A DNA stretch of 64,000 nt from Geopsychrobacteraceae bacterium. GTDB taxonomy: Bacteria; Desulfobacterota; Desulfuromonadia; Desulfuromonadales; Geopsychrobacteraceae. Positions 8,480 through 17,618 of this stretch are shown in pieces. The notes beneath the pieces are model-generated. The model saw only the letters and a list, made by a program, of their open reading frames with translations. It was not told where the DNA came from and ran no database searches. A program made the position numbers and the translations under genes. Each line of letters opens with the position of its first letter. Positions within the stretch are counted from its first letter, which is position 1. Location of the stretch: NCBI GenBank assembly GCA_963662315.1, contig OY759353.1, positions 2,464,001 through 2,528,000 on the forward strand, in the 5' to 3' direction.

Positions 8480-8965
8480 ATGCTGAAATCTGTCCTGCTG
8501 CTGATTGTCCTGTGCATTGGTTCGGCGGCGTTTGCCGGAGAACTGCAGGGACGGGTCGCGTGGGTTTATGATGGTGATACCATCGAAGTCAATAACATCG
8601 GTAAAGTCCGCCTTTTGGGAATCGATTCACCAGAATACAAAGATTCACCGCGCGATGATTTCTACCTGAAAAAGTTTCATATCCCCCGTCAGCATCTGCG
8701 CAAAATCGCCCAAGCTGCAAAGCGCTTCACGATTACCAATGCCAAAGGCAAAGTGGTCCGTGTGGAGCCGGGCAAAACCCGTTATGACAAGTATGGACGA
8801 TTGCTTGCTTATGTCTATCTGCCTAATCGTCAACAACTGAATACGCTATTACTGCAACAAGGGCTGGCCACTGTTTTCAGGCGCTATGATTTCGCGCAGA
8901 AAAAAAGTTTCCTCGCCATAGAGCAGCAGGCCCAAAAAGCGAGAGTCGGCCTGTGGAATAAATAA
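8480..8965 (+). CDS. Secreted thermonuclease (SNase family)
   Basis: Signal peptide; DGDT, VRLLGIDSPE, DKYGRLLAYV catalytic motifs intact. Confidence 0.92.
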   Translation: MLKSVLLLIVLCIGSAAFAGELQGRVAWVYDGDTIEVNNIGKVRLLGIDSPEYKDSPRDDFYLKKFHIPRQHLRKIAQAAKRFTITNAKGKVVRVEPGKTRYDKYGRLLAYVYLPNRQQLNTLLLQQGLATVFRRYDFAQKKSFLAIEQQAQKARVGLWNK

Positions 8966-8991
8966 TCAAACCAGGAAAATATAATACTATC

Positions 8992-10116
8992 ATGGAAAAA
9001 TTGAGCCAGCTGCAGCATCTGATCGACCAGACGGTCTTTGGAATTGATCTGATACGTTTTATCTGTGCCTTCATTACAATCATTATCGCCCTGATCGCCA
9101 AAAAAGTGATCAGTCATTTGTGCACCAGAGCCTTCTTTAAGGCAGCCCGCAAAACCACCAGCAGTCTTGACGACAGTTTCGTGAAGAGTCTCAATAAACC
9201 TGCGGAGTTTCTGGTCGTCATCATTGGCCTGTACTGTGCGGTCACCATTTTACAACTGCCGAAAGAACCGACAAACCTTGACCTACTGGGTCATAACCTG
9301 ATCAAGGGGCTCTTTGTTCTTAATATTGCCTGGCTCTGCTTTAATCTTGTTACTTTACTTGAACAATGGATGAACCTCTGGGCCAGGCGCACTGAATCTA
9401 CTCTTGACGACCACCTGGTCCCTTTTATCCGCAAAAGCCTGAGGGTTTTTATTGTTGTTATCGCTTTACTGGTACTTATTCAAAATCTGGGTTATTCGAT
9501 CTCTGGCCTGCTTGCATCACTCGGCCTTGGTGGACTGGCCGTAGCGCTGGCGGCCAAGGATAGTTTATCCAATATCTTCGGCTCTCTGATGATTATTCTC
9601 GACCGACCGTTCAGCATTGGCGACTGGATCCAGGCTGGCAACATGGAAGGAACCGTCGAGGAAATTGGTTTTCGTTCCACTCGGATTAGAACCTTTGCCA
9701 AGACACTGATAACAGTTCCAAACAGTGTCCTGATGAATATGTCGATCAATAATTACAGCCAGATGCCGAAACGACGCATCAAATTGAGTGTCGGTATCAC
9801 CTATGCTTCGGCCCCCGCTCAGGTGCGTCAGGCGGTTAGCGCAATTCGTGAACTGTTACGCAACCATCCGGCTATTGACCAGGAATTTTTCCTGGTGAAC
9901 TTCACCGATTTCGGTCCGTCTTCTCTTGATATTAGGGTTTATTGTTTTACGACCAGCACGGTCTGGGGGGAATATCTTGATGCGCGCGAGGATGTCTGCC
10001 TGAAGATCATGGATGAATTGCAGAAACTGGGTCTTGAAATCGCCTTTCCAAGCCAGACCCTGTACCTGCATGATATGGCCGAGAAACGCCAGAAAAGCGA
10101 TGTTGTTGAATTCTGA
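8992..10116 (+). CDS. MscS-family mechanosensitive channel
   Basis: GLGGLAVALAAKDSLSN, DRPFSIGDWI, GTVEEIGFRSTRIRT, IAFPSQT. Confidence 0.95.
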   Translation: MEKLSQLQHLIDQTVFGIDLIRFICAFITIIIALIAKKVISHLCTRAFFKAARKTTSSLDDSFVKSLNKPAEFLVVIIGLYCAVTILQLPKEPTNLDLLGHNLIKGLFVLNIAWLCFNLVTLLEQWMNLWARRTESTLDDHLVPFIRKSLRVFIVVIALLVLIQNLGYSISGLLASLGLGGLAVALAAKDSLSNIFGSLMIILDRPFSIGDWIQAGNMEGTVEEIGFRSTRIRTFAKTLITVPNSVLMNMSINNYSQMPKRRIKLSVGITYASAPAQVRQAVSAIRELLRNHPAIDQEFFLVNFTDFGPSSLDIRVYCFTTSTVWGEYLDAREDVCLKIMDELQKLGLEIAFPSQTLYLHDMAEKRQKSDVVEF

Positions 10117-10644
10117 TCAGGACACCTGTTGCCCCGCTGTCAGATAGGCAAAAACCAGTTCTTCAAGTCCCATTTCTTCCGGTTTAACTTTGCGAAAGCG
10201 GTCAACAACATGTTCTTCTTCAATTTTGACTACTTTTTGACTTTCAGAAACAGGGACTGCTGCATCGGGTAACGACGCAGAAGCATCTGTTTGGGAGGCT
10301 GGTTCAGGAGCCGCACCAGGGGGAACATGTGTCGCCTTCTGAACACCGACAGCACCAGAAAGACCCGCCAGGGAAATTCCCAGGGCGACAATCCGCTCAT
10401 CAAAGTCACCGTGAGTCAGGCTGCGCAGCATTCCTTTGTGCTGCTCTTTAGCCAGATCTTCAATAACCATTTCCAGATTGTCAACTTTCAGGATATCGGC
10501 ATAAACGGTCTTTTTAGAGGCGATAATCGTACCACCATGGTAAAGCAGTGTGACAAGATTAGGATTTTTTGGTCCACTATCTTCAGTCTGAACGTGAAAC
10601 CCTGCCCCCCGATAAGTCACATTATGATTAAAACCAATAATCAT
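10117..10644 (-). CDS. Conserved hypothetical protein (deltaproteobacterial GFNHN..HVQTEDSG family)
   Basis: MIIGFNHNVTYRGAGFHVQTEDSG...; RBS GGGGAG; third gene of the murI operon. Confidence 0.75.
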   Translation of the reverse strand: MIIGFNHNVTYRGAGFHVQTEDSGPKNPNLVTLLYHGGTIIASKKTVYADILKVDNLEMVIEDLAKEQHKGMLRSLTHGDFDERIVALGISLAGLSGAVGVQKATHVPPGAAPEPASQTDASASLPDAAVPVSESQKVVKIEEEHVVDRFRKVKPEEMGLEELVFAYLTAGQQVS

Positions 10645-10714
10645 CTTCTCCCCCTGTTGTATTGTTCCTCGTCTTGGCCCCTTGCATAATATCACGCCCC
10701 TGTCCGCAACGCGG

Positions 10715-11338
10715 TCAGTTTAGCGCCTTATCAATCAGCTGTTCAACACTCAAATCACCCTTTTCTTCAGAACGTACCGGCAGCGGACCCTGCACCAGGG
10801 CGAAATCGACGGTTACCGGCTGATCAACGCGGGCGTGCCCTTTCAGGGTCTGACGCACGTCACCCTCAATCAGAATCTGCAGCTGGCGCAAATAGGAAAA
10901 GTTTTCATTCAAAGTATCAATCAAGCTATAGATTGTCAGCAGCTCGGACAGATTTCCACCGGGGTGAAAATCACTCAGGTGACGTGAAAAATCGACCCGC
11001 ACCAGATCATTTTCGACCCCCACGCTCAAAATTTGCGTTTCCTTGGGCAGCACAGCGACAGCCTCTTGTTCTGGTCCGGCAACAAGCGCCTCAAGAAGTT
11101 CTTTGATACACATGGCTTCATCATTACACCCAGGAATTTCACGACTTTCCACGGCAAGTGCAGTTCCATCCGGAGACGCAAAATAAAGCTGGACCAAACG
11201 TGGCGGAAGCTGGGCGACAATAACCGGAGCAACCTGTTGCTCGACTTTATCATGATCCTGGACAAACCAGCTGAGGCCATAGCCCGCCAGAACCCCGATA
11301 ATGACAACGCCAATCACACTCAAAAAAAAGTTTTTCAT
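10715..11338 (-). CDS. GerMN domain protein
   Basis: N-terminal TM, VQLYF, LVAGP, VDFS, ELLTIYSLIDTL, LQILIEG..TLKGH. Confidence 0.9.
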   Translation of the reverse strand: MKNFFLSVIGVVIIGVLAGYGLSWFVQDHDKVEQQVAPVIVAQLPPRLVQLYFASPDGTALAVESREIPGCNDEAMCIKELLEALVAGPEQEAVAVLPKETQILSVGVENDLVRVDFSRHLSDFHPGGNLSELLTIYSLIDTLNENFSYLRQLQILIEGDVRQTLKGHARVDQPVTVDFALVQGPLPVRSEEKGDLSVEQLIDKALN

Positions 11339-11340
11339 AT

Positions 11341-12135
11341 TTACCCTATCTGTACCTGTTCGACCCTGGTCAGCTGTCTCCCCAGAAAGGCTCGTCCGAC
11401 ATTTTCAAAACGCGTCGGTACATCAGTAACATAAAAGGACCGCGATCCTCCATGTTCGGGATGAGTCAACCCCTGTTCCTCAAATAACTTCCAGACGGTC
11501 TTGGCTGTTTCTTCGGCAGAATCCACCAGCACAACGGTCGGCCCCAGAACTTTAGTCAAGGTCCGGCGTAACAATGGATAATGGGTACACCCTAAAACCA
11601 AGGTATCGATGCGCGCGGTTATTAATGGTTGCAGATATTCACAAGCAGTCAGCCGGGCAATTTCATGATCCGCCCACCCCTCCTCGGCCAGGGGGACAAA
11701 CAATGGGCAAGCGACGGAAAAGATCTCCGCTTCGGGCAGCAGCTGCTTGATGGCTTCTGGATAACGACCACTATTGATAGTTCCTTCTGTACCTATGACA
11801 CCGATGCGCCGGTTCATACTGGCTGCAGCCCGGCGGGCACCTGGTTCAATAACGCCGATAACCGGCAGGTTGAACCGTTCCCGTAGCAGGGGCAAAGCCA
11901 CAGCAGAAGCTGTATTACAAGCAACAATCAGCAGTTTTACACCCTGATCAACCAGAAATTCAGCGGCTTCGATCGCGTAACGCTGCACCGTTCTGACACT
12001 TTTGGTGCCATACGGAACCCGCGCAGTATCGCCCAGATATATGAGATTTTCATTGGGCAACAACTTCGCGACTTCTTTAAACACGGTTAACCCGCCGACA
12101 CCGGAATCAAAAATACCGATGGCACGATAACGCAT
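11341..12135 (-). CDS. murI: Glutamate racemase
   Basis: FDSGVGGLTV, VACNTAS, LGCTHYP. Confidence 0.97.
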   Translation of the reverse strand: MRYRAIGIFDSGVGGLTVFKEVAKLLPNENLIYLGDTARVPYGTKSVRTVQRYAIEAAEFLVDQGVKLLIVACNTASAVALPLLRERFNLPVIGVIEPGARRAAASMNRRIGVIGTEGTINSGRYPEAIKQLLPEAEIFSVACPLFVPLAEEGWADHEIARLTACEYLQPLITARIDTLVLGCTHYPLLRRTLTKVLGPTVVLVDSAEETAKTVWKLFEEQGLTHPEHGGSRSFYVTDVPTRFENVGRAFLGRQLTRVEQVQIG

Positions 12136-12393
12136 AATACTCCATTCAGACACATGGTCATCGCTATAAATACAACCGCTTTAAAGCGTGATCTAACAGG
12201 GTGTCGAAAAAACAGGATTGAGGCAGCCGGGCAGCGTGGATATAGCAGCTGTCAAAACACTTCAAGGACTGCCATTAAGCCAGCCATCGTAGTTAAGCTC
12301 CCGAATAAAGTCAAGATTTACGGGCTTTTCAGACTTCCACCGTTTCCGACAATCTGCTACTATTCGCAACAACCGGTTATACAAGGAGAAACT

Positions 12394-12726
12394 ATGAATT
12401 GGGAAACAATCAAAGAGTATCTTGATCCATTTCGCACCGATCAGATCATGATGAAACTGCAAGAGTGGAATGTCGGTGATTTATCAACCAACCCATGGTT
12501 CCTGGGCGGTTTTGCTGCTGCGATTCTGCTGACCTATTTTATTGGATGGCGGACAATTTCTGCATTTTTGACTGGCATTGGCGGCTTTGCCCTGGCCCTG
12601 TCATGGACGGTCAGCAAAGGAACCGGCACGGAAGGTATCGAGAACGGCGGCATCTATATCATTGTTGGTGGCGGAGCGATTGTCGTTGGTCTGTTTATCT
12701 ATATCCTATTTATTAAAAGTGAGTGA
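12394..12726 (+). CDS. Hypothetical three-TM membrane protein
   Basis: RBS AAGGAG then MNWETIKEYL...; three hydrophobic segments. Confidence 0.75.
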   Translation: MNWETIKEYLDPFRTDQIMMKLQEWNVGDLSTNPWFLGGFAAAILLTYFIGWRTISAFLTGIGGFALALSWTVSKGTGTEGIENGGIYIIVGGGAIVVGLFIYILFIKSE

Positions 12727-12761
12727 CCACCGGTCATTTCCCTTTCCCCCCTGGATATCTC

Positions 12762-13016
12762 ATGAAAAAACGTGACATTCTGCTGATTATCGGCGGCCTG
12801 GCAATTCTGACATTTCTGTGGCTGGCTCCGGAAGAATCAACCCACCCGGTTCCTCGGGATGAGACCCATCTGCGCTTTTACGATATTGTCAAACAGGATG
12901 GCAAAAAGGCCGCGGAAAAGTTTTGCGAAGAATGCCACAACGACAGCGGCGTTCCCTTCCCGGCAGATCATCCACCGAAAGCCCGCTGCCTGTTCTGTCA
13001 TAAGGTAAAATTCTGA
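12762..13016 (+). CDS. Small diheme c-type cytochrome
   Basis: N-terminal anchor; two CxxCH motifs (CEECH, CLFCH). Confidence 0.85.
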   Translation: MKKRDILLIIGGLAILTFLWLAPEESTHPVPRDETHLRFYDIVKQDGKKAAEKFCEECHNDSGVPFPADHPPKARCLFCHKVKF

Positions 13017-13063
13017 TACAGAATAAAACCCTTATTCTTTTCGATCAGCTTCAACATACCGGC

Positions 13064-13768
13064 TTATATTCCCCGGATATAAACCTCTTTAGCGGCGCTG
13101 CGCATGTGCTCGGCAAAGCTGTGCAGGACTTCAGGCAGGTAAGGCTCCATTGCCTGCCAACAGGGATCCATGGCATGACCGGGAACATACTGCTGCAGAA
13201 CCCATAGCGGTGCTCCTTCAAGTAATCGGGCCATGTCTTCAATTTCAGCAAATCCGACCAAAGCCGGGATACAGGTGGTCCGAAATTCAACTTCGACATT
13301 GGCCTGTTTGAGCAGCTTTACGGTCTCGCTCAGTCCGTTAACGGCAAACGGTCGTTGATGTAATTCGTGATAACGGCCAGGGGCGGTTTTGATATCAACG
13401 GCAAAATAATCGACCAGTTCTTGATCAAGCAACTGCTCAACGACTTTGGGAGCCAAACCGTTGGTATCCAGTTTGACGTCGAGGTCTAAAGCCTTGAGCT
13501 GTGCTAAAAATGCCGGCAAACCCGGATCGATGGTCGGTTCTCCGCCCGATATAACGACCCCATCGACAAAACCTCTGCGTTTTTCCAGGTCTGCCAGCAA
13601 CTCTTTAAGAGGAAAATCCGGAAAAGCTTCAGGGTCCTGAACCAGCCCACCGTTATGGCAGTAGGGACAACTCAGATTACAGCCTCCGGTGAAAAGCAGA
13701 GATGCGACCCGCCCTGGAAAGTCCAGCAGGCTGGTCCCCTGAAAACCTTTGATAGAAATTGTTTTCAG
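13064..13768 (-). CDS. nrdG: Anaerobic ribonucleotide reductase activating radical SAM protein; probable CTG start
   Basis: The frame extends 5' of the listed ORF through IKGFQGTSLLDFPG and CNLSCPYC; SGGEPT, KLDTNG. No ATG/GTG/TTG precedes the CX3CX2C motif before an in-frame TGA (13801-13799). Confidence 0.9.
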   Translation of the reverse strand: MKTISIKGFQGTSLLDFPGRVASLLFTGGCNLSCPYCHNGGLVQDPEAFPDFPLKELLADLEKRRGFVDGVVISGGEPTIDPGLPAFLAQLKALDLDVKLDTNGLAPKVVEQLLDQELVDYFAVDIKTAPGRYHELHQRPFAVNGLSETVKLLKQANVEVEFRTTCIPALVGFAEIEDMARLLEGAPLWVLQQYVPGHAMDPCWQAMEPYLPEVLHSFAEHMRSAAKEVYIRGI

Positions 13769-13911
13769 CGCTGTGACTCCCGAGGAGAAACAACATATTC
13801 AGAACGATCTTTGAATTCCTCTTTTTTCCCCTTGTTCCATTGCTGAACCGGGCGAAAAAAGCCACATACTCTTGAATACACTTCTGTTTTTGCGTCACAT
13901 TTGGTTGCCAT
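13765..13911 (-). CDS. Stand-alone NrdD C-terminal glycyl-radical peptide (48 aa)
   Basis: RBS TAAGGAG; MATKCDAKTEVYSRVCGFFRPVQQWNKGKKEEFKDRSEYVVSPRESQR; below the ORF-track length cutoff. Confidence 0.9.
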   Translation of the reverse strand: MATKCDAKTEVYSRVCGFFRPVQQWNKGKKEEFKDRSEYVVSPRESQR

Positions 13912-13942
13912 AAAATCTCCTTAACAATTATTAAACACGCGG

Positions 13943-15931
13943 TCAGGCCGCCTTTCCTTCCTGGTGGTGCGGGCAGGCAAAGTGCTCACCTGAAATATAG
14001 CCATGAACCGGACAGATCGTGAAGGTCGGGCTCAGGGTAAAATAGGGTAGATGAAAGTTTTCAGCGATCCTCTTAACCAGCAACCGGGCGCTACGCCAGT
14101 CCTCCAGGCGTTCCCCCAGGAAGCCATGGAAAACCGTGCCTCCGGTATAACGGGTCTGCAAGCCGTCCTGATGGGTCAGTGCCTCGTAGATATCTTCTGT
14201 AATGCCGACCGGCAGCTGAGTTGAGTTGGTATAGTAAGGCTCGTCGGTACCGGCGCTGATAATCTCTGGGTAGCGCTTGCGGTCACTGTTGGCCAGTCGG
14301 AAACTGGTTCCTTCAGCCGGAGTTGCCTCAAGGTTGAACAGATGCCCGGTTTCGTCCTGAAACACTTCTAGCTGAGTTCGCATGAAATCGAGAGTTTCCT
14401 GGGCCAGAACTTTGCCTTCCTCACTGTCAATCCCCTGGCCAATCAGGTTCAGACAGGCCTCATGCATCCCCAGCAGCCCGATAGTGGAAAAATGGTTATC
14501 CCAGTAGCTGCCACTGCGCTCCCGGATAGATCCAAGGTAAAACTTACTGTACGGATACAGACCATCATCAGTAAAACGCTCAAGCTGCTTGCGCTTAATT
14601 TCCAGCGATTGCTGTGCAAGCTTCATCAGGCTGCTGATCCGGGCAAAAAAGTCTTCCTTGCTGCCCGCCAGATACGCTGCGCGGGGCAGGTTCATGGTAA
14701 CAACGCCAATAGACCCGGTCATCGGGTTAGACCCGAACAGACCACCTCCACGGCGTCGTAATTCACGGTTGTCCAGGCGCAGGCGGCAGCACATGGATCG
14801 GGCATCTTCTGGATCCATGTCAGAATTGACAAAGTTACTGAAGTATGGAATGCCGTACTTGGCCGTCATTTCCCAGACCGGCAGCAGACGGTCGCTTTCC
14901 CAGTCGAGGTCGCGGGTAATATTGTAGGTCGGAATCGGGAAGGAGAAGATCCGCCCCGAAGCGTCCCCCTGCATCATGACCTCACAGAAAGCACGATTGA
15001 GAAGGTCCATCTCTTTCTGGAATTCACCATAACAGCGATCTCTCAACTCGCCACCAATAACCACCGCCTCTTTAGCCATATTCCCCGGCACCATCATATC
15101 CATGGTGATGTTGGTAAAGGGGGTCTGAAAACCGACGCGGGTCGGGACGTTCATATTGAAAACGAATTCCTGCAACGACTGCTTGACCTCGTCATAGGTT
15201 AATTGGTCATAAGCAATAAAAGGCGCCAGAAGGGTATCAAAATTGGCGAAAGCCTGAGCCCCGGCAGCTTCCCCCTGCAGCGTATAAAAGAAATTGACCA
15301 CCTGCCCCAGTGCGGTACGAAAATGCTTAGGCGGACCGCTCTGCACTTTTCCGTAGGCACCGGTAAAGCCTTTCAGGAGCAGGTCCTTAAGGTCCCAGCC
15401 ACAGCAGTACACGGATAACAGGCCAAGATCATGGATGTGGAAATCGCCCTCACGGTGAGCATTGGCAATATCATCGGGATAGATCTTGTTCAACCAGTAA
15501 TTACTGGTGATATTTGAGGCGATATGGTTATTGAGCCCCTGCAGCGAGTAGCCCATATTGGCATTTTCGTTAACACGCCAATCTTCGCGCACCAGGTAGG
15601 AATCGATAGCGTCAATCGACTGCTGCATGAATTCACGGGTACGGCGCATCGTCTCATGCTGTTTTCGGTAAAGAATAAAGGCTTTGGCCGTCTGGGCATG
15701 ACCATTTTCGATCAATATTTTCTCAACCAGATCCTGGACATTCTCTACCGTGGGAGCCTGCCCCTCCTTATAGAGAACGTTCAGAATACCCGATACCTGA
15801 CGGGAAATGTCTGCGGCCTTGTCAAAATCACGACCACCAACAGCTTCGACAGCTTTAATAATCGCTTTTTTTATTTTAGGTTCTTCAAAAGGAACAAGAC
15901 GGCCGTCACGCTTGCGGATAAATTCTGGCAT
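13943..15931 (-). CDS. nrdD: Class III anaerobic ribonucleoside-triphosphate reductase, large part (ATP cone plus barrel; no glycyl loop)
   Basis: ATP cone IRKRDG, VYCCGW, RSMCCRL, EATPAEG; ends ICPVHGYISGEHFACPHHQEGKAA. Confidence 0.95.
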   Translation of the reverse strand: MPEFIRKRDGRLVPFEEPKIKKAIIKAVEAVGGRDFDKAADISRQVSGILNVLYKEGQAPTVENVQDLVEKILIENGHAQTAKAFILYRKQHETMRRTREFMQQSIDAIDSYLVREDWRVNENANMGYSLQGLNNHIASNITSNYWLNKIYPDDIANAHREGDFHIHDLGLLSVYCCGWDLKDLLLKGFTGAYGKVQSGPPKHFRTALGQVVNFFYTLQGEAAGAQAFANFDTLLAPFIAYDQLTYDEVKQSLQEFVFNMNVPTRVGFQTPFTNITMDMMVPGNMAKEAVVIGGELRDRCYGEFQKEMDLLNRAFCEVMMQGDASGRIFSFPIPTYNITRDLDWESDRLLPVWEMTAKYGIPYFSNFVNSDMDPEDARSMCCRLRLDNRELRRRGGGLFGSNPMTGSIGVVTMNLPRAAYLAGSKEDFFARISSLMKLAQQSLEIKRKQLERFTDDGLYPYSKFYLGSIRERSGSYWDNHFSTIGLLGMHEACLNLIGQGIDSEEGKVLAQETLDFMRTQLEVFQDETGHLFNLEATPAEGTSFRLANSDRKRYPEIISAGTDEPYYTNSTQLPVGITEDIYEALTHQDGLQTRYTGGTVFHGFLGERLEDWRSARLLVKRIAENFHLPYFTLSPTFTICPVHGYISGEHFACPHHQEGKAA

Positions 15932-16070
15932 TCAAATACCCCTTCCTGCCATTCAATCTGGAGGCTTACAGATAGGTTGGATATATACTCATAACTATTT
16001 TTTTGTATCAACATTCAGACAAACAATGTCGCCAAGGGTAGCATAAGTTGACGGCACCCCCAAACTAAAA

Positions 16071-16117
16071 ACACTACATCTAGTATTTTTCTCAAAACAC
16101 AGAACTACATGTTGTCG
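16071..16117. promoter_or_regulatory. Tandem NrdR boxes
   Basis: ACACTACATCTAGTAT (16071-16086) and GAACTACATGTTGTCG (16102-16117), 31 bp apart, upstream of nrdD. Confidence 0.8.
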
Positions 16118-16218
16118 ACGACCTGTGAGTAACCTGTGGACAGAAAATGATAAGTCTCAGCAATTCATACATATTTCTGAGACAGAAAGAAGCCAGAGAA
16201 GGGATACTGCAAGCTCAC

Positions 16219-17205
16219 CTAATCGGCAGGCTGAGAATTGGATTGAAAATGAGCGAAACGTTCCTCCAGCAGAGCAGTAAAGCGGCTGATGGCGGTACAG
16301 CGCTTGAGTTTACCCAAATCATGCTGACAGGAAGGATATGAAATAAAATTCAGTACGTCTTTCAGTTTCATCAACGCCTGCCGTTCACCGCAAAACTTAT
16401 CCAGATAGGGCGAAACCAGGGCATTAACAAAAGCAAAGATCTCCCGGCGCATTTGCGGTTCCTCCACACGCTCTGGCTCCTGATGCCTGATGCGCCGAAA
16501 CAGCAGAGGATCAGACAAAGCACCCCGTCCGAGCATCAAACCGGCCAACTCTGGCAGTTCCAACAGTTTCCACGCTATGCTGGGATCATTAATATCGCCG
16601 TTGGCGATAATCGGGATGCGGGTCTTCAGGACAACCTCAGCAGTCAGATCATGATCAGCATGACCGGCGTATTTTTGCACGACCGTCCGCGGGTGAAGAA
16701 TCAGAAAATCGACACCACAATCGGCAAAAACCGGTAATAAGGAAAAGATCTGCTTAGGATCATCATACCCGGCCCGGCATTTGACCGAGAAACTGCCGTG
16801 AATGACCGCCCTTAACTGTTTAAGCAGGGCTGCCAGCGCAGCAGGGTCTTTTAACAATTCCCCTCCGGTTGCACCGCTGGTCATCCGACCATAGGGGCAG
16901 CCCAGGTTCAGGTTCAGATAACGACACCCGGCAGCTTCAACTCGTTGTGCCGCTTCTGCCAGCGCTTGAGACTGATTGCCGATCAACTGCACCACCAGGG
17001 GAACCCGTGTTGAGGCACTGGCAATATCGCTTAAATCAGCACGGTTCACACGCTTACGGGACTGTGAACTCACGCGCACAAATTCAGTAAATACGACATC
17101 CGGCTGATAATGGTCGATAAAACACTGACGCATGGCACTATTGGTCAGCCCCTGCATGGGTGCTAACATCAGCGGCCGATGACCTGGATTCCAGGGGCAT
17201 TTCAT
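16219..17205 (-). CDS. tRNA-dihydrouridine synthase family protein
   Basis: LAPMQG, NLNLGCP, SVKCRAG, ILHPRT, IANGDI, MLGRGAL. Confidence 0.92.
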   Translation of the reverse strand: MKCPWNPGHRPLMLAPMQGLTNSAMRQCFIDHYQPDVVFTEFVRVSSQSRKRVNRADLSDIASASTRVPLVVQLIGNQSQALAEAAQRVEAAGCRYLNLNLGCPYGRMTSGATGGELLKDPAALAALLKQLRAVIHGSFSVKCRAGYDDPKQIFSLLPVFADCGVDFLILHPRTVVQKYAGHADHDLTAEVVLKTRIPIIANGDINDPSIAWKLLELPELAGLMLGRGALSDPLLFRRIRHQEPERVEEPQMRREIFAFVNALVSPYLDKFCGERQALMKLKDVLNFISYPSCQHDLGKLKRCTAISRFTALLEERFAHFQSNSQPAD

Positions 17206-17208
17206 TGA

Positions 17209-17442
17209 CTATGCCTCCTTGATGACGCGTCGCAACAGCCCTTCAAGACCGTTGACCTTGATTTCATAAATTTCCAGCAACTGCTGCCCCAAACGCCCTT
17301 CCGGTAACTGGTTCTTCACCAGCCAGACAACATAAGGTTCGGGCAAATCAACCAGTAGACGACCAGCATACTTGCCATACGGCATGATTGTCAGCGCCAA
17401 ACGCTTAAGATGTACAGGATCAGGAACGGCGGAAAGAGCCAT
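17209..17442 (-). CDS. DUF3820 family protein
   Basis: MPYGKYAGRLLVDLPEPYVVW...IYEIKVNGLE. Confidence 0.85.
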   Translation of the reverse strand: MALSAVPDPVHLKRLALTIMPYGKYAGRLLVDLPEPYVVWLVKNQLPEGRLGQQLLEIYEIKVNGLEGLLRRVIKEA

Positions 17443-17527
17443 AGTGCATATCCAGTGGGTACAATATATTCATGCTTATAAAATCCGTTGCCGCTTTTAT
17501 CACAATCCGCTACGCTTGTCCTCAATT

Positions 17528-17574
17528 TAAAAAAGCCGGGACAGTTTCATGAAACGAAAAACTGTCCCGGCTTT
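17528..17574 (-). terminator. Intrinsic terminator after cbiET
   Basis: 16-bp inverted repeat AAAGCCGGGACAGTTT/AAACTGTCCCGGCTTT with a T run on the minus strand. Confidence 0.8.
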
Positions 17575-17618
17575 GACAACGCATGTCGCTATCGTCGTCA
17601 GCGTCCCCTGAGAAAAAA

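Noticed and set aside
13677..13898. 73-aa minus-strand ORF between nrdD and nrdG
   Set aside because: Wrong frame; the region is explained by the 48-aa glycyl-radical ORF and the nrdG N-terminus
13912..13945. Selenocysteine readthrough or frameshift joining nrdD to its C-terminal ORF
   Set aside because: The small ORF is out of frame, the AT-rich spacer contains TAA triplets, and it has its own strong RBS and ATG
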